Part shown: positions 61,795-64,000 of the stretch, one piece after another
Layout of the letters: every line of letters begins with the position of its first letter
Numbering within the stretch: position 1 is the first letter of the stretch
Source: Mytilus edulis
Lineage: Eukaryota
NCBI RefSeq assembly: GCF_963676685.1
Contig: NC_092344.1
Coordinates: forward strand, 119,040,001-119,104,000
DNA: 64,000 nt
Direction of reading: 5' to 3'
Notes under the pieces: generated by a model
The model's database searches: none
What the model saw: the letters and a program-made list of their open reading frames with translations, nothing else
What the model was told of the DNA's origin: nothing
Translations under genes and position numbers: made by a program

Positions 61795-62618
61795 ATTGAA
61801 AATGAAAATGGAGAATATGTCAAAGACACAACAACCGGACCAAAGGGCAAACAACAGTCGCAGGACACCAATGCTCGCACCAAGGGGTCTTCAACACAGC
61901 GAGAAAATCCCGCACCATGAGGTGTTCCTCATGCATGCAGCTTGTCCCTAAATAAAATTGTGTACTAGTTCAGTGAAAATGGGCGTTAGGCACACTAAAC
62001 TTTAAAACATATAAATGAACTAAAATTGAAAAACATACAAGACTAACAAAGGCCAGAGGCTCTTGACTTGGGACAGGCACAAAAATGAGGCGGGGTCAAA
62101 CATGTATTAATCTTTCAGTCAGTTTAATTGAAGTCTGGAGCTGGCATGTCAGTTAACTGCTAGTAGTCTGTTGTTATTTATGTATTATTGTCATTTTGTT
62201 TATTTTCTTTGGTTACATCTTCTGTCATCAGACTCGGACTTCTCTTGAACTGAATTTTAATGTGCGTATTGTTATGCGTTTACTTTTCTACATTGGTTAG
62301 AGGTATAGGGGGAGGGTTGAGATCTCACAAACATGTTTAACCCCGCCGCATTTTTGCGCCTGTCCCAAGTCAGGAGCCTCTGGCCTTTGTTAATCTTGTA
62401 TTATTTTAATTTTAGTTTCTTGTGTACAATTTGGAAATTAGTATGGCGTTCATTATCACTGGACTAGTATATATTTGTTTGGGGGCCAGCTGAGGGACGC
62501 CTCCGGATGCGGGAATTTCTCGCTACATTGAAGACCTGTTGGTGACCCTCTGCTGTTTTTTATTTGGTCGGGTTGTTGTCTCTTTGACACATTCCCCATT
62601 TCCATTCTCAATTTTATT
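61795..62618. mobile_element. Two adjacent, oppositely oriented copies of one interspersed repeat family; fragments also at about 28590-28785, 30995-31115 and 60280-60320
   Basis: 61795-62105 is the diverged reverse complement of 62330-62618 (ACATGTTTAACCCCGCC...CCCATTTCCATTCTCAATTTTATT). Confidence 0.7.
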
Positions 62619-62621
62619 CAC

Positions 62622-63403
62622 CGTGTATCATCAGTTCAGCGGATATAGGTACTAACCAAGCACAGGGGCGGATCCAGCCATTTTAAAAAGGGGGGTTCCC
62701 AACCCAAAGTAAAGGGGGGGGGTTCCAGCTATATGCTCCCATTCAAATGCATTGATCGGCCAAAAAAAGGGGGGTTCCAACCCCCGGAACCCCCCCCCCC
62801 CCCCCTCTGGATCCGCGCCTGAAGCGGGTGTGATCGATTTCAGTGACCTCACACGGTAACGAAAATCTGTGTTTTTGTCATTGAAATCTTTCATGCATGT
62901 TTTTTTTCGAGATTTTATTCCGAAAAGAAGCGTTGTGTACGGTGTTTAGCTGACCACATAAATCCTTCTGTACGGTGCATAGTTAAGTTGCTGTACACCG
63001 TACACAACAACAAAATGTTCATACTCGTTTATTACCCAAAACGTTTCAAGGAATGAGTAATCACGGGTGGGTATATGATTGATAACTATTACTTTTGCCC
63101 TGCATTAGCTTTCTTTCAGGTAAAACATGTAAATATCTCGACAATTGTATCGAAATTGAAAGTTGGTGTTGACATTCACAACTATTTACGCATTTACAAG
63201 TTAATTGTTCTTATTAGAATATAAAAGTTGTCTTTTAAATAGGAAAAAATCGATGCGAAAATTATTTTGGAGCAGGAATTTCAGATGTTGAGAAATTTAC
63301 ACTGAATGTTGATAAAACAAAACAAAGATTTTCGTTACCGTGTCAGTTCAAAATCGATCATGCCCGCTTGGTTAGTACCTATATCTGCTGTCAATGATAC
63401 ACG
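62622..63403. mobile_element. Non-autonomous DNA transposon with long TIRs; left TIR interrupted by a MITE
   Basis: CGTGTATCA..CAGCGGATATAGGTACTAACCAAGC..GATCGATTT..ACACGGTAACGAAAATC mirrored at 63327-63403. Confidence 0.75.
62663..62821. mobile_element. GC-rich MITE with 5-bp TSD AAGCA/AAGCG
   Basis: CAGGGGCGGATCCAG / CTGGATCCGCGCCTG TIRs. Confidence 0.8.
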
Positions 63404-63839
63404 TTGGTATTGTGAGATTTCAAACCTCCCCTTTACCTCTATCCAAGGTAAATAAAAGAAATACATACATGAAGCAAGATATACGCAATTATATTATAGT
63501 AAAATTGATTGTTTTCAATTAAGTTCGATTATTTTCGCGTTTTCATATAAATGAATATTTTCGGTAATCGCTGTAGAAAATAAACTTGGATTTGATAGTG
63601 ATCGAATAGCAAATATAAGTAATTTCTAGCATATTTATGTTTAAAATAATATCATGAATATAGAAAAACGCAAAATTAGTTGATAAACCGGGAGACGGAA
63701 TTATATAAAAGTTTTTTCAAACTTGTTTCCAAACCCATATTTAAATTTTATATAAAATTGTAGTATATAGAATAAGGAGATGTGGTATGATTGCCATTGA
63801 GACAACTATTAAACCACTAAAGTTCAAAGGAAGTGGATG

Positions 63840-63940
63840 TAACCCGGCCGTGTCACGGCGGCCCGTTCTTCTTCTTCTTATGGTATCCAGTTATCCATCA
63901 GATTTTTGATGATTACTAACTGCTGCGCATGCGTAGGATA
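63840..63940. promoter_or_regulatory. CpG-rich patch with an NRF1-like motif (TGCGCATGCG, 63924-63933); possible promoter of a neighbouring gene
   Basis: Local CpG enrichment and motif match only. Confidence 0.3.
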
Positions 63941-64000
63941 ATAATAAATAAATATTTACAAAAGAAAAGTGCCAAAAATAAACAAATACTAACATGACAT

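Overview
AT-rich eukaryotic (animal) genomic DNA. The repeat families (MetaSINE-type tails, Helentron-associated HINEs, abundant MITEs) point to a bivalve mollusc, probably a mytilid; this is an inference. Three host genes are visible. (1) The last five coding exons of an unidentified + strand gene (1-3835) with a probable long 3' UTR. (2) An XK-related (XKR scramblase family) gene with an intronless 647-aa CDS on the - strand (19146-21089). (3) A complete six-exon 40S ribosomal protein S12 gene on the - strand (about 46470-57083) with a 5' TOP start. The RPS12 introns are the most unusual part. They hold six near-identical SNORD100-like box C/D snoRNA copies, five of them in one intron at about 500-bp spacing. 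The four spacers between those five copies each contain an antisense SINE-tail remnant that forms a candidate poison mini-exon. The introns also carry an apparently intact 3.5-kb piggyBac transposon, a 689-bp foldback MITE whose empty site is also in the window, and other hairpin elements. The rest of the window is minisatellites (39, 52, 29 and 18 bp units), three HINEs with internal tandem arrays, nested MITEs and SINEs, and LINE 3' fragments. There is no CRISPR array and no prokaryotic system.
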